A stretch of 64,000 bases of DNA from Rhynchopus sp. YZ270_cl-10 (Eukaryota), in assembly GCA_964035575.1 (NCBI GenBank), contig OZ037835.1:1302001-1366000 (forward strand), read 5' to 3'. Within the stretch, counting starts at the first letter, position 1; the number at the start of each line of letters is the position of its first letter. Of this stretch, positions 31,501-41,436 are shown piece by piece. The translations under genes and the position numbers were made by a program. The notes under the pieces were generated by a model. It ran no database searches and had not been told where the DNA came from. It saw only the letters and a program-made list of their open reading frames with translations.

Positions 31501-32808
31501 ATGCCAGCCTTGAGTGCGGAAAGTGTTTCAGCTGTCGTGGAGAGGCTTGCGACGAAGGCGCGAGAGTATGATATCGAGTACGACGGATTCTTCTCGAACC
31601 ATGCGGCATGGATGATCGTCCCTAACGTGCGTTGCGGTGTGTCTGAAGAGGTAGTGTGTGAACGTCTTGCGTGGTACAGTACGAAGCTGCACCCTGCTGC
31701 AGTTGTCTCTGCTGTACGTGCCTTCTCTTCTGCGGAGCTGGACGCTGCGGTTAATGGGGAAAATCGCAACTTCAGCGCGATGCGTGCGTTCTATGACGCA
31801 GAAATCGCAGCAGAGACTGCACGACAGGGTGGCAACACGGCTGCTGCACTCGATGTCATCGTGTCGCAACACCTCCCACGCGCAGCGCGTGGCTGCATCG
31901 GTGCCGCGCTGCATGCGATTCTCGAGCTTGGTGTCGGTGTCGAAGGTGCGTCCAGTATACTCACTGCGAACGGCCTCGCCTACGTAACGACGAGGTCCTG
32001 GCGCGAGCATGATGTGCACAAGACGGAGTATGCCCCCGAGGCAAACCTGCTCACCCCCCTCCGTGCGTGGTGTGAAGACGTCCTCAAGGAGAGTGGCAAG
32101 GCCGAGCTGCGCCACGCATGGGACACCATTGGACACATCCCATGGCCGATCGGCGCCTTCCAGCAGCGTATGCTGCGCTGTCTGCAGAGCCTCACAACAC
32201 TGACACAGCACAGTGTCGTGCTGCCCGCATCTGCACCAACATGCGACGTGGCAGGTCTCCCCAAGCACTACGGACTAGACGACGCCTTCCTGCTGGCGGC
32301 AGTTGCGGTCAAGCAAAGCAACAACGAATTCTTCGTTGTACACGGCCTCACCTCACTGTGGGCGGTACGGCAGGTACTGCTCAACGTGCCGTCCCTCTCG
32401 CATGAGGCCAGGTGTGAGATGGTAGGGTCGTGGACACGTGGCTTCTTCTGCGCCTTTGCTGCAGAAGCACTCCCGGGGGCAGCGAACCTGCTTCCGTGTT
32501 TCTCTCTGATTGAATCGCATGATGTTGCAGCACTGGTGTCTCAGTATGGTAGGGACCCTGCGGCTGAAGGCCCTGAGACGTGGGATGCTGTGGTGCGGGT
32601 AGCTGCAGAGCAGTACTGGAAGGAGGAGCACATCCTGAAGGCGATCTGGATGCTGAGAGAGACTGCGCGTGAGCTGCCTGCCGCTGTTGAGGCGGTGCTC
32701 TTTGCTACCGCGTACCATCTTGCGCACTTTGTTGCGGAAGACTTTGGCGTCAATGCCCGCGCGCACCCCGAAGAAAACACTCTGCGCTTTGCGAAGGTGG
32801 AAATCTAA
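31501..32808 (+). CDS. Questin-oxidase-like (DUF4243 / AflY-HypA-like) oxidoreductase
   Basis: His motifs in the family order: FSNH, ALHAILELG..GLAY, FFVVHGLTS, EEHILK. First ATG in coding-like context is 31501. Confidence 0.7.
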   Translation: MPALSAESVSAVVERLATKAREYDIEYDGFFSNHAAWMIVPNVRCGVSEEVVCERLAWYSTKLHPAAVVSAVRAFSSAELDAAVNGENRNFSAMRAFYDAEIAAETARQGGNTAAALDVIVSQHLPRAARGCIGAALHAILELGVGVEGASSILTANGLAYVTTRSWREHDVHKTEYAPEANLLTPLRAWCEDVLKESGKAELRHAWDTIGHIPWPIGAFQQRMLRCLQSLTTLTQHSVVLPASAPTCDVAGLPKHYGLDDAFLLAAVAVKQSNNEFFVVHGLTSLWAVRQVLLNVPSLSHEARCEMVGSWTRGFFCAFAAEALPGAANLLPCFSLIESHDVAALVSQYGRDPAAEGPETWDAVVRVAAEQYWKEEHILKAIWMLRETARELPAAVEAVLFATAYHLAHFVAEDFGVNARAHPEENTLRFAKVEI

Positions 32809-33038
32809 CCTCACATTCAGATGCAAATTATGTCTTGCAACACGGTCCTACACACGCGTGTGTCCCTTCAAATCCAAAAAAAAAAAACTGTATTCTCTAT
32901 TGCGGTTAACGGTACGGCCTGATGCAAGAGAAAGCCTCGTGCCTTCTTCCCACCATGATTGCCTCCTTCAGTGTTCTGATGGCCTCTCCTACTCCCACAA
33001 CCCCACCACACAACAGAGCAACACAAAAGGAAGACAAA

Positions 33039-34150
33039 ATGGAAGTAGTTATCAAGGACTGTGCAGACAACTCGTACGTGATAGAGGTGGGTGTGGATGA
33101 CACAACGGAGACGATGCGGCAGAAGGTGGCGTCTGCAGTAGGGTTGGCTGAGGACAGCTTCCACATGGGCTTCGGAGGGAAGGAGGAAGGAGACGACATC
33201 ACGCAGCTGAGTGCTGGGGACGCAATCATCCTCACGAAAACTAAGAAGGTCGAGGCCAGAGCAGAGCTTCACGCGTTGGGTGAGACGGACATCACGGCAG
33301 AGCGGTTGGAGGAGGTGGAGGATCCTGAGGTGGCGTGTTTGCTTCTGCAGGCGGAAGTTGCGCTGTCATTCCAGATTACTTCTTGGCGAGTTCATCGTTA
33401 ACGAGACTTGATCTGAGTGCTGTGTCGTGTGTGACGGAAGTTGGTGATAGCTTTCTGTACAGTTGCACCTCGTTGACAAGCATCGACCTGTCTGGCTTGA
33501 GCAATGTGACGCGCATCGGTAGCTGCTTTCTCTCCGACTGCAAAGGCTTAACCACTCTGGATCTCTTACCACTGAGCAACGTGACAGAACTCGGTGGCTG
33601 CTTTCTCCACGGCTGCAAAGGTTTTACCACTTTGGATCTTTTACCACTGAGCAACTTGACGCACATCAGTTACTCCTTTCTCCACAGCTGCTCAGGCTTA
33701 TCCACTCTGGATCTTTCGCCACTCAGCAACGTGACAGAAGTCGGCGATAGCTTTCTCAACGGCTGCGAAGGTTTAACCACTCTGGATCTTTCAGCATTCA
33801 GGAACTTGACGCGCATCGGTAGCGACTTTCTCTCCAACTGCGAAGGTTTAACCACTCTGGATCTTTCGCCACTCAGCAACGTGACAGAAGTCGACGATAG
33901 CTTTCTCAACGGCTGCGAAGGTTTAACCACTCTGGATCTTTCAGCACTCAGCAGGGTCAAGGTTATTGGTGCGCACTTTCTTAGGAACTGCACTTCGTTG
34001 AAGAGTCTTCACCTTACCGGCTGCAGCAGTGCTGTGTCCGACACAGTAGTGAAGTGCAAGCTGAGGGAGCTTGTGGTTGAAGCACGTCCGAAGCGCAGCA
34101 GAGACGAATCCCCCCAGCAAGCACACAAACGGCAGAGACACGCACATTGA
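33039..34150 (+). pseudogene. Third UBL-LRR paralog, split by a 1 bp deletion near 33362 (pseudogene or sequencing indel); ends in a bipartite NLS
   Basis: GTTGCG-CTGTCATT versus GTTGCGACTGTCATT in the paralogs. The UBL part is in ORF 32922-33401 and the LRR part in ORF 33335-34150. Confidence 0.8.
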
Positions 34151-35184
34151 CGATGAGGTGTGCTGCATAACGGGCTTCCTCAAGTCGCTCTTCCAACGAA
34201 GGCAGACATGGTGGCAGTTTAGTGAGGACACATCAGTTGGCAAATGTTTGTTTAATGTTGATGAGTGTAGCATCGGTTTGTAATGTGGTCCACGTTTTTG
34301 TGGGAATTGTCAAGATCTTGATCACAAAGATGAAGATTTGGGCTGTGTGAAATGTTTGTCTTCTTTGCCTTGTCGGGTGTGTGCACTGTATGTGAAACAA
34401 CTGTGGATCTGCAGGTACGTGCTCTGATGTTTATTCAGTGTGGTGTGTTGTGGTTTTGTTATGTTTTTACGCTTTTTTACGTTTGTAGAAGAAGGGACCT
34501 TGCGAACATTCTTTCGCAGGTGGGTACAAGCTGTCACCGTGGCACTCACTTCCCAATCTCTCCCCTGTTTTTTTTTTTCATGCACTTCCACTAGACACCC
34601 TACTGGTGCTCGAAGTCGAAGGATGTCCTCGAGGTGTCCTCACGTTCCTTCAGACCTCCTTCATAGCACACTACTCTCCCTCCCCCCCCTCCACTCTCAG
34701 ATTTCCCCCCCTTCCTCCCCCCTGCCCCCCCTCCCCCCCAACTTTGCTCACACACAGTGGAGAAACACCATCGCCACACTCCGATAACCTTCACCATCCC
34801 CCGACATTGTCGCTTCTCCTTCATTCAGAAGCACCTTGGTCTTCAAGACACCACCCTCTCCCACACTGTGACCTCCCGACACCGTCACCACCTACCTGCC
34901 AACCTGCGTTACAAACACCGGACACCTCTTACACACACACAGCCGGACAGCGGACAGTATCGCCATTTGACACCTTGCTCATTCTACAAGCTTCACCTTC
35001 CGACACAAAGTCCTTCATTTATTTGCTCCTACACCGTGACCTCCCTGTACACACCCGGGCCGTATCGCCACACTCGACACGGAGCCCCCACCACCTACTC
35101 AACAACCCTTCACACCTCTCGACACAAAGTCCTTCATTCATTCTGCTCCTGCACCGTGAACCTCCCGACATCACCACCTAACCA

Positions 35185-36783
35185 ATGAGACAAGCGTTGA
35201 CCTGGCGTGAGAAGCGATACTGCAAGCAGGTGTACGATGCTTACGTAGCAGAACGTGGCCTCGCGTATATGTCCGTTGCCGAGGATGGACTGTACCGCAC
35301 GGACCATATTGGCTACGTCAAAGGGCTCCTCGCGCTTCTTGGACAGCACCCTCTCCGGGATGAAGACGTACGCAAACTCATTAGAGGCACTTCCTACTGT
35401 GCCTCGCGTGCGCTTAGCTGCGAGGACGTTTATTATATTATGTCGCGTGTAAAGCGGACCACAATCTCTGCTGCACCTGGTACACCTCCTCTTGAAATTG
35501 ATGATCTCCTCACGCCACAGCCTCCGTCTGCACCGAAAACACCGCCAAAGACGGTTGAAGTGGAGGACGAAACGCCAAAATCACCGTTATCAGTTTTGGC
35601 ACCACCGGAGGTGTTTGGAGCCTTCAAGAAGGCACTGCAGAAGCGGAGTGAGGTGGAGGAGGAGGAGGAGAAGGAAAAGGTGAAGGTGAATCTGGAGGTG
35701 GTGGCATCCCCGACTTCGGTTGCTCGGTATACCCCTACAGAGGCTGCGCTGTTGACCCAATGTTTCGACCGTTTTGTTCATATTCTGCGTCTCAGCGAAG
35801 GCCAGCTGCGTTACTGTTTTAAACGCCTTCTCCGCTACCGTGCCTGCCGTGCTGCCAATTCGCATCCCCCTATAAGACCCACCCCTGATAATGCAAATAT
35901 CGATCTTCTCACTCCAAAGCACCCCGCAAATACTTCCTCCAGGCATCTCTCGATTGTTTCCAGGTTAGAGCTTGGGGTGCAATCCCGAAAGCAGATTCGC
36001 CCTGAAGAGATTGATCCGTTTACTGTAGAGAGAAACCGATATGAGCGGGCTACACAACGTGCAGAAGAGCGACTCCGAAATGCGTCAGAAAAGCTGGCAA
36101 AGGTGCGCGCTGCAGGGGTGGCTACATCAAGGATATTTGAAGCGGCGGCAGAGCTCTCCAGAGAGGCACTGAAGAGAACCACTTCTACTAGAGACTGCGT
36201 TGCCTTTGCTACAGAACAAGCTGAGCTATATAGAAAATCTGCTATAGAAAGTGTTCAAACAAACTGTTTAGAAGGATCTATTACATTGCGTGAAGTGGTC
36301 TCAAAGGTTCCCCGGGTGAAGAAGGTAATAAAAGCGCAAACCAAAGTACATAAGGAATTGACAGCGCTTCTCGCTTCAGTTGAAGAAGCCGATGTGCGGG
36401 CGGCAGACACATGGAAGCGGAACTACCCTTCGAAAATGGCGCGCATCAAAGCGCACGTTGCGATATCGTCTCCATCTCGCGCGGCGACAATCCCGCAGCC
36501 CCCTTCTGCTTCAGAAAAACGACGTCGAGTTGTGGGGCACATCTACAATAGCACAGCAGATTCAAAACGAGGTGTGTTCATCCCGAAGCGAGAGGTGGGG
36601 AAAGGAGGAGAAGAAGGGCAGACGGAGGGGGCGGTCTCGGAGGTGGGGAGTGGGCAGGGTGGTCTGGGGGAGATGATGTGTTTTTACACCACGCGCGGTC
36701 GGGGTAAGGAGGGAGGAGGTGGCAGGCGTGGTGGTGGCAGCAACGCTGCAATGGATTACTATTCATTGCTGAGGTCCTGTTGA
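35185..36783 (+). CDS. Hypothetical protein (532 aa; Pro-rich and coiled-coil-like segments)
   Basis: Long ORF on the same strand as its neighbours. No family motif recognised, and the G-rich 3' end may be intronic. Confidence 0.6.
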   Translation: MRQALTWREKRYCKQVYDAYVAERGLAYMSVAEDGLYRTDHIGYVKGLLALLGQHPLRDEDVRKLIRGTSYCASRALSCEDVYYIMSRVKRTTISAAPGTPPLEIDDLLTPQPPSAPKTPPKTVEVEDETPKSPLSVLAPPEVFGAFKKALQKRSEVEEEEEKEKVKVNLEVVASPTSVARYTPTEAALLTQCFDRFVHILRLSEGQLRYCFKRLLRYRACRAANSHPPIRPTPDNANIDLLTPKHPANTSSRHLSIVSRLELGVQSRKQIRPEEIDPFTVERNRYERATQRAEERLRNASEKLAKVRAAGVATSRIFEAAAELSREALKRTTSTRDCVAFATEQAELYRKSAIESVQTNCLEGSITLREVVSKVPRVKKVIKAQTKVHKELTALLASVEEADVRAADTWKRNYPSKMARIKAHVAISSPSRAATIPQPPSASEKRRRVVGHIYNSTADSKRGVFIPKREVGKGGEEGQTEGAVSEVGSGQGGLGEMMCFYTTRGRGKEGGGGRRGGGSNAAMDYYSLLRSC

Positions 36784-36851
36784 AGAGGTGAAAAAAGATT
36801 GTTGGGTTCAAAGGAGAGGGAAGGGGGGTACATTCGCAAAGCTCACACATA

Positions 36852-36999
36852 AAAGGTCATTGACGGAATGCCACCAGGCGTGGAGTATGCGGCTTAATTT
36901 TGACTCAGCACATGGAGAATTTTACTAGGTCAGGACAATGTAAGGATTGACAGATTGAGAGCTCTTTCTCGATCCATTGTGTGGTGGTGCATGGCCGCT
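36852..36999 (+). pseudogene. Degenerate ~150 nt fragment of 18S (SSU) rRNA
   Basis: ATTGACGGAATG..CACCA..GGCGTGGAGTATGCGGCTTAATTT(T)GACTCA...AGGATTGACAGATTGAGAGCTCTTTCT...GGTGGTGCATGGCCG are conserved eukaryotic SSU motifs, here with indels and no flanking rRNA. Confidence 0.85.
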
Positions 37000-37110
37000 G
37001 CCTACGGATTGAGGTTGACTCAACACGGTTGCCACCATGTTTTGACCCTTCCGTTGTCACGGAGGGGCGGTTTTTTTCCCCCCCAGTGTGCCCACCCCCC
37101 CCAGGGGTTA

Positions 37111-38355
37111 GGGGGAGCCACCAAAGGCGTTTTGCTGTCCAAAACCCATTTTTTTGAAATTTCGGTGAAGAAATCCGCTAAAATAGGCGTACCTGGCCGC
37201 AAATCGCCCTGGGGATCACCCATATATCCCAATAAACCACCTGACGACCTTCACAGAGCATTTCTTGTCCCAAAAAAATGGGTTTTTTGTGAAAAAACAC
37301 CCCAAAAGTGCGTAACGCTCGCGTAACGCTTGGGGGCCAAAATTTAGCACTTGCCAAGAAATTTCTCTTATCAGACAAAACTCCTTCTAAACACCCGAAA
37401 AACACCTCAGTCCACATCCGCTGGGGTCCCGGGGTGGAAATGTATGGTTTTTGGGGCTTTTAGGGGTCCTGGGAGGGTCCCAGGCGTATTTATGAGGGAC
37501 GGAACCGCTTATAATGCCCGAAATTACCTCTTTTTTAGGGTGCTTTTTCACCTTAAAAATTCAAAAAAAAGTGCTCAGACAATCACAGAAGTGACAAAAC
37601 CCCCTCGGAACTACTCGCCAGACCCCCTGCGGGGTGGAGAATCATATTTGCGATCACTTTTTCGGCTATTTTTCCCGAAATAATCACGTGCCTCACTTGT
37701 GCCTCACTTGTCCCAAAATGGCCTAAAATACCCCATTTTGGGACAAGTGGGACAAAAGTGGGACACGGGGTTATTTTAGGCAAAATAGCCCAAAAAGTGA
37801 TCGCAAATATGATTCTCCACCCCGCAGGGGGTCTAGCGAGTAGTTCCGAGGGGGTTTTGTCACTTCTGTGATTGTCTGAGCACTTTTTTTTGAATTTTTA
37901 AGGTGAAAAAGCACCCTAAAAAAGAGGTAATTTCGGGCATTATAAGCGGTTCCGTCCCTCATAAATACGCCTGGGACCCTCCCAGGACCCCTAAAAGCCC
38001 CAAAAACCATACATTTCCACCCCGGGACCCCAGCGGATGTGGACTGAGGTGTTTTTCGGGTGTTTAGAAGGAGTTTTGTCTGATAAGAGAAATTTCTTGG
38101 CAAGTGTTAAATTTTGGCCCCCAAGCGTTACGCGAGCGTTACGCACTTTTGGGGTGTTTTTTCACAAAAAATCGATTTTTTTGGGACAAGAAATGCTCTG
38201 TGAAGGTCGTCGGGTGGTTTATTGGGATATATGGGTGATCCCCAGGGCGATTTGCGGCCAGGTACGCCCATTTTAGTGGGTTTCTTCACCCAAATTTCAA
38301 AAAAATGGGTTTCGGACAGCAAATCCTTAAGGATTTCCTTATACGTGGCTCCCCC
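37111..38355. mobile_element. 1.25 kb foldback element, TA duplication
   Basis: Ends TA|GGGGGAGCCAC...GTGGCTCCCCC|TA. 37131-37721 and 37733-38323 are reverse complements with scattered mismatches around an 11 nt loop. Confidence 0.85.
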
Positions 38356-38855
38356 TACACCCCCCCCTAGTATTCTTTTGTTGAGAGGTGTCATCCATCA
38401 TAGCAGCCTTTCTGGTTCTCTGGTGGCTTTCCTCCCCCCACCCCCCTCTACCTTCCCCTTCCCCCCATCCCAAGTAGTCCCCGTCACATTTCGTTTGTCC
38501 CCTTTGCATTTTCACAAATTGCATCAAATAATAGGTCAAGATGTGAACACTCCCTCCATATGGTCCCAAGAGTGCGAAAAATAGAAAAAATATCTGGAAA
38601 AAAAACCCCCCCCCCCCCCCCCTCCCCACTAACTTTTCCCCCCTTCATGTTTTCAAAATAGAGACGATCTTATTTACCTAAACTACACTACAGTACACCA
38701 TTTACACATCTTCTCCCCTGCCTCTCTCCCCCCCATCCCCTTTCACCTTTTCCAAACTAAAAGAAAGAAAAGAGTAGTGGAGTTCAGCCTCGGGTGTCTT
38801 CACTAATACAAACCAAGTTTTCAAAAAAAAACAAAAAACAAAACAATCTAAAAAA

Positions 38856-41279
38856 ATGCCGCTTCGCATGAACCTTCCGATTTTCATTGTAATCCTGACA
38901 GCAACCATCATCAGCACTGCCTCCTCTCTTGGTGGTGGGTTGATTCTGTACATGGCAGGCATCTCCTCCTTGGAGGACACCGTCCGCGAGACCGGCCGCA
39001 GTGAGGTAATGGTGCTCCGGAGCCAGGTCGTCACGATTCTTGATGCCTCGAGAAGCCTTATGACGAGCGTCGCACGCTTCATGCACTCCGACGCAGTCCA
39101 CGGCGACGAACTGCAGTGGAACGAGGCGCTCCGCCGCTCCTGGTCCGCCACAGTCTCGACCAACAACCTCCTCTACTTCATCAGCGTCGTCCTGCATCCG
39201 TACCCACCCTTCGAAAACCCCTTCTACTCCACTGTCTGGGGCGACCTCACCCGCGACGGTACTCGGAATATGCTTTGCGGCCATGCCGGCCAACAGCGCA
39301 ACAACTCCATCGTGTACAACCAAACCACCTGGCTTCCGGACAAGGTGATGGTTGGCTCCTACAACTTGAACACAACCTCTGGGGGTGAAGGGGACTATTT
39401 ATATGAGTGGGATGCCTCCTCCGGGTTCACTGGGTGGGCGGCACCGGAGAACTTTGACCCGCGTCTCGGAAAGCTTCCCCCATTCTATGAAAAGCCGTTC
39501 CCTGGGGCGATTGGGGGTTCGCTCTTCCCGCCACAGAAATACCCAGCAATTGATGGATATATCCAGTCGTACACGATGTTCAGTGCAACGTACTTCCCCC
39601 CGCCAGCACCACATCCGTGGAGTGGGTACCGTGCGATTGTGATGAATGTTGGGTTTTTATTTGCAGAATTTCGCCCAATTTTTGAAGCCTTCGGAGCAGA
39701 ACACAAGGGCAAAGGCGCTGCAGTGATGATGGTCGCACGCTCCTCCAACGCCGTTCTTGCGACGACCTCAGGACTGGACATGATCCCCGAATGGTGCCAA
39801 GCGCAGGAAGGTGAAAATGCGTTTACAATGTACCTGGAGGATTGCTACCTCCGTCCAAACGAGGTGTCTAAAGCTATGACCGAGGCGTACGAAGAATCCT
39901 TGAAACTCGTCCTTGGAGGTTTTTACCGTCTCAAGTTGGATGGCGAAGATCATTTTGTACAACGTCTTTCGGTTGAGGAGGATTGGGAGTTGATCTGGGT
40001 TCTTCCAGTTTCCTCTGTGAACGCGCAGGTTCAAGAAGCGTTGTCGCTGCTGTTTGTGTTCACAGCGATAGTGTTGGTGTTTGATATATTGGTGGCGGTG
40101 TGCGAAATGTTTTTTATTGCACGTCCGATTGCGAGTCTTGCCGAATCGGTGCGGTGCTTGCGGAGCTATGAGACAGACGCAGCACAAGATGCCCTTGCGC
40201 AGTACAAAAACGCGTCCATTATGATATTGGAGATGCGTCGTATCGTGGAAGGCATGTTCCTCACCATTGACAGCCTCAAGGAATACGGCATGTTCATCCC
40301 TAACGTGCTCATCCAAGAAGACTCCGATGCCGAGACCGAAGCCTCCCACACCGTGCCCGAAGCCTCCACACACGCCTCCTCGCAACGCTCGTCGAAACGC
40401 TCCTCCGGTACACGCACGTCGCAGTCCTCAGAGGTCTTCAAAGCGATGAAGACGAAAGCCAAGCTGGGCCTGCACCTCGCCCCCAAGCGTATTGCACTGC
40501 TGTCCGTCAGCATCAAGGGGTGGAGCAAGACAGGCGACTCCACGACTGTGATTGTAACCAACCACACCGCACTGTTAAGTTTTATTTCGGGCTGCGCGGC
40601 TCAGAACTCTGGCCACGTCGAGAACTTCTGTGGGGACGACTACCTGGTCGGGTTTAACACGAACAAACAGGTGTCCGACTGTGGCGACAAGAGTGTCTCC
40701 TGTGCCCTTGCCATCCGCACTGACAAGGAATACCTGGCACTCGCTGGGGCTGTATCACAAACAAACATCTCCTGTGGTTGCACAACCGGCAAAGCATTGG
40801 TAGGAAACCTCGGGAACGATACCATCCGCCGCTTCTCCCTGATGACGCCTCTGGTGAAGTGGGCAGACTACCTTGCTGCGTACAACGACCTGATGGGACG
40901 CATGGTCACTGCTGATCACTCCATTACGGGCACAGGGCGCTTCGGGTTTGTGTACGAAACTTATGACCTACTTCTCCGCACTGGGAAGTCACCGACTCTT
41001 GTATCGAACGTCCTCCAGCAGCAACGTGTTGAGGCCGCAGAGTGGATGTACGAGATGGAGGAGGCCGAGCAGGGCAACGCGCTTGGCAGCCAGAACGACT
41101 TCGTCACCGCAGTCCTCTCCCAGAAGTGGGACAAATGCGAAATGCCCAACGGGTTTGCCGACAAGCAAGGCTTCGACCACATCATTTCTGCACATAAGGA
41201 CCGTGAGTTTCACCCAGTCAACGTAGGTGCAGTGCACCGCAGTAATGGTGCCGCCGTGGTACTATCTGATAAACCCTAG
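38856..41279 (+). CDS. Receptor-type class III nucleotidyl cyclase-like protein (TM - extracellular domain - TM - HAMP-like - cyclase homology domain), probably catalytically inactive
   Basis: Two hydrophobic helices. Motifs IALLSVSIKGWS, GHVENFCGDD and GCTTGKALVGNLG, plus a C-terminal EWMYE. Confidence 0.8.
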   Translation: MPLRMNLPIFIVILTATIISTASSLGGGLILYMAGISSLEDTVRETGRSEVMVLRSQVVTILDASRSLMTSVARFMHSDAVHGDELQWNEALRRSWSATVSTNNLLYFISVVLHPYPPFENPFYSTVWGDLTRDGTRNMLCGHAGQQRNNSIVYNQTTWLPDKVMVGSYNLNTTSGGEGDYLYEWDASSGFTGWAAPENFDPRLGKLPPFYEKPFPGAIGGSLFPPQKYPAIDGYIQSYTMFSATYFPPPAPHPWSGYRAIVMNVGFLFAEFRPIFEAFGAEHKGKGAAVMMVARSSNAVLATTSGLDMIPEWCQAQEGENAFTMYLEDCYLRPNEVSKAMTEAYEESLKLVLGGFYRLKLDGEDHFVQRLSVEEDWELIWVLPVSSVNAQVQEALSLLFVFTAIVLVFDILVAVCEMFFIARPIASLAESVRCLRSYETDAAQDALAQYKNASIMILEMRRIVEGMFLTIDSLKEYGMFIPNVLIQEDSDAETEASHTVPEASTHASSQRSSKRSSGTRTSQSSEVFKAMKTKAKLGLHLAPKRIALLSVSIKGWSKTGDSTTVIVTNHTALLSFISGCAAQNSGHVENFCGDDYLVGFNTNKQVSDCGDKSVSCALAIRTDKEYLALAGAVSQTNISCGCTTGKALVGNLGNDTIRRFSLMTPLVKWADYLAAYNDLMGRMVTADHSITGTGRFGFVYETYDLLLRTGKSPTLVSNVLQQQRVEAAEWMYEMEEAEQGNALGSQNDFVTAVLSQKWDKCEMPNGFADKQGFDHIISAHKDREFHPVNVGAVHRSNGAAVVLSDKP

Positions 41280-41436
41280 CAGAGAGGACAGGGCGAAGAA
41301 AGGAGGATAGGGTATAGGTGTTCAATGGTACAGTGATTGCCTTGCTGCCTTAAAGGCGGTCGAAGGAAAAAATAAATTAAAAAAAACACACACACGTAGT
41401 ATGATACCGTCGATTTGATAACTGTAAATTTATTTT

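Noticed and set aside
34606..35181. 191 aa Pro/His/Thr-rich ORF
   Set aside because: C/A-skewed low-complexity sequence with an internal duplication, typical of leader or intron DNA.
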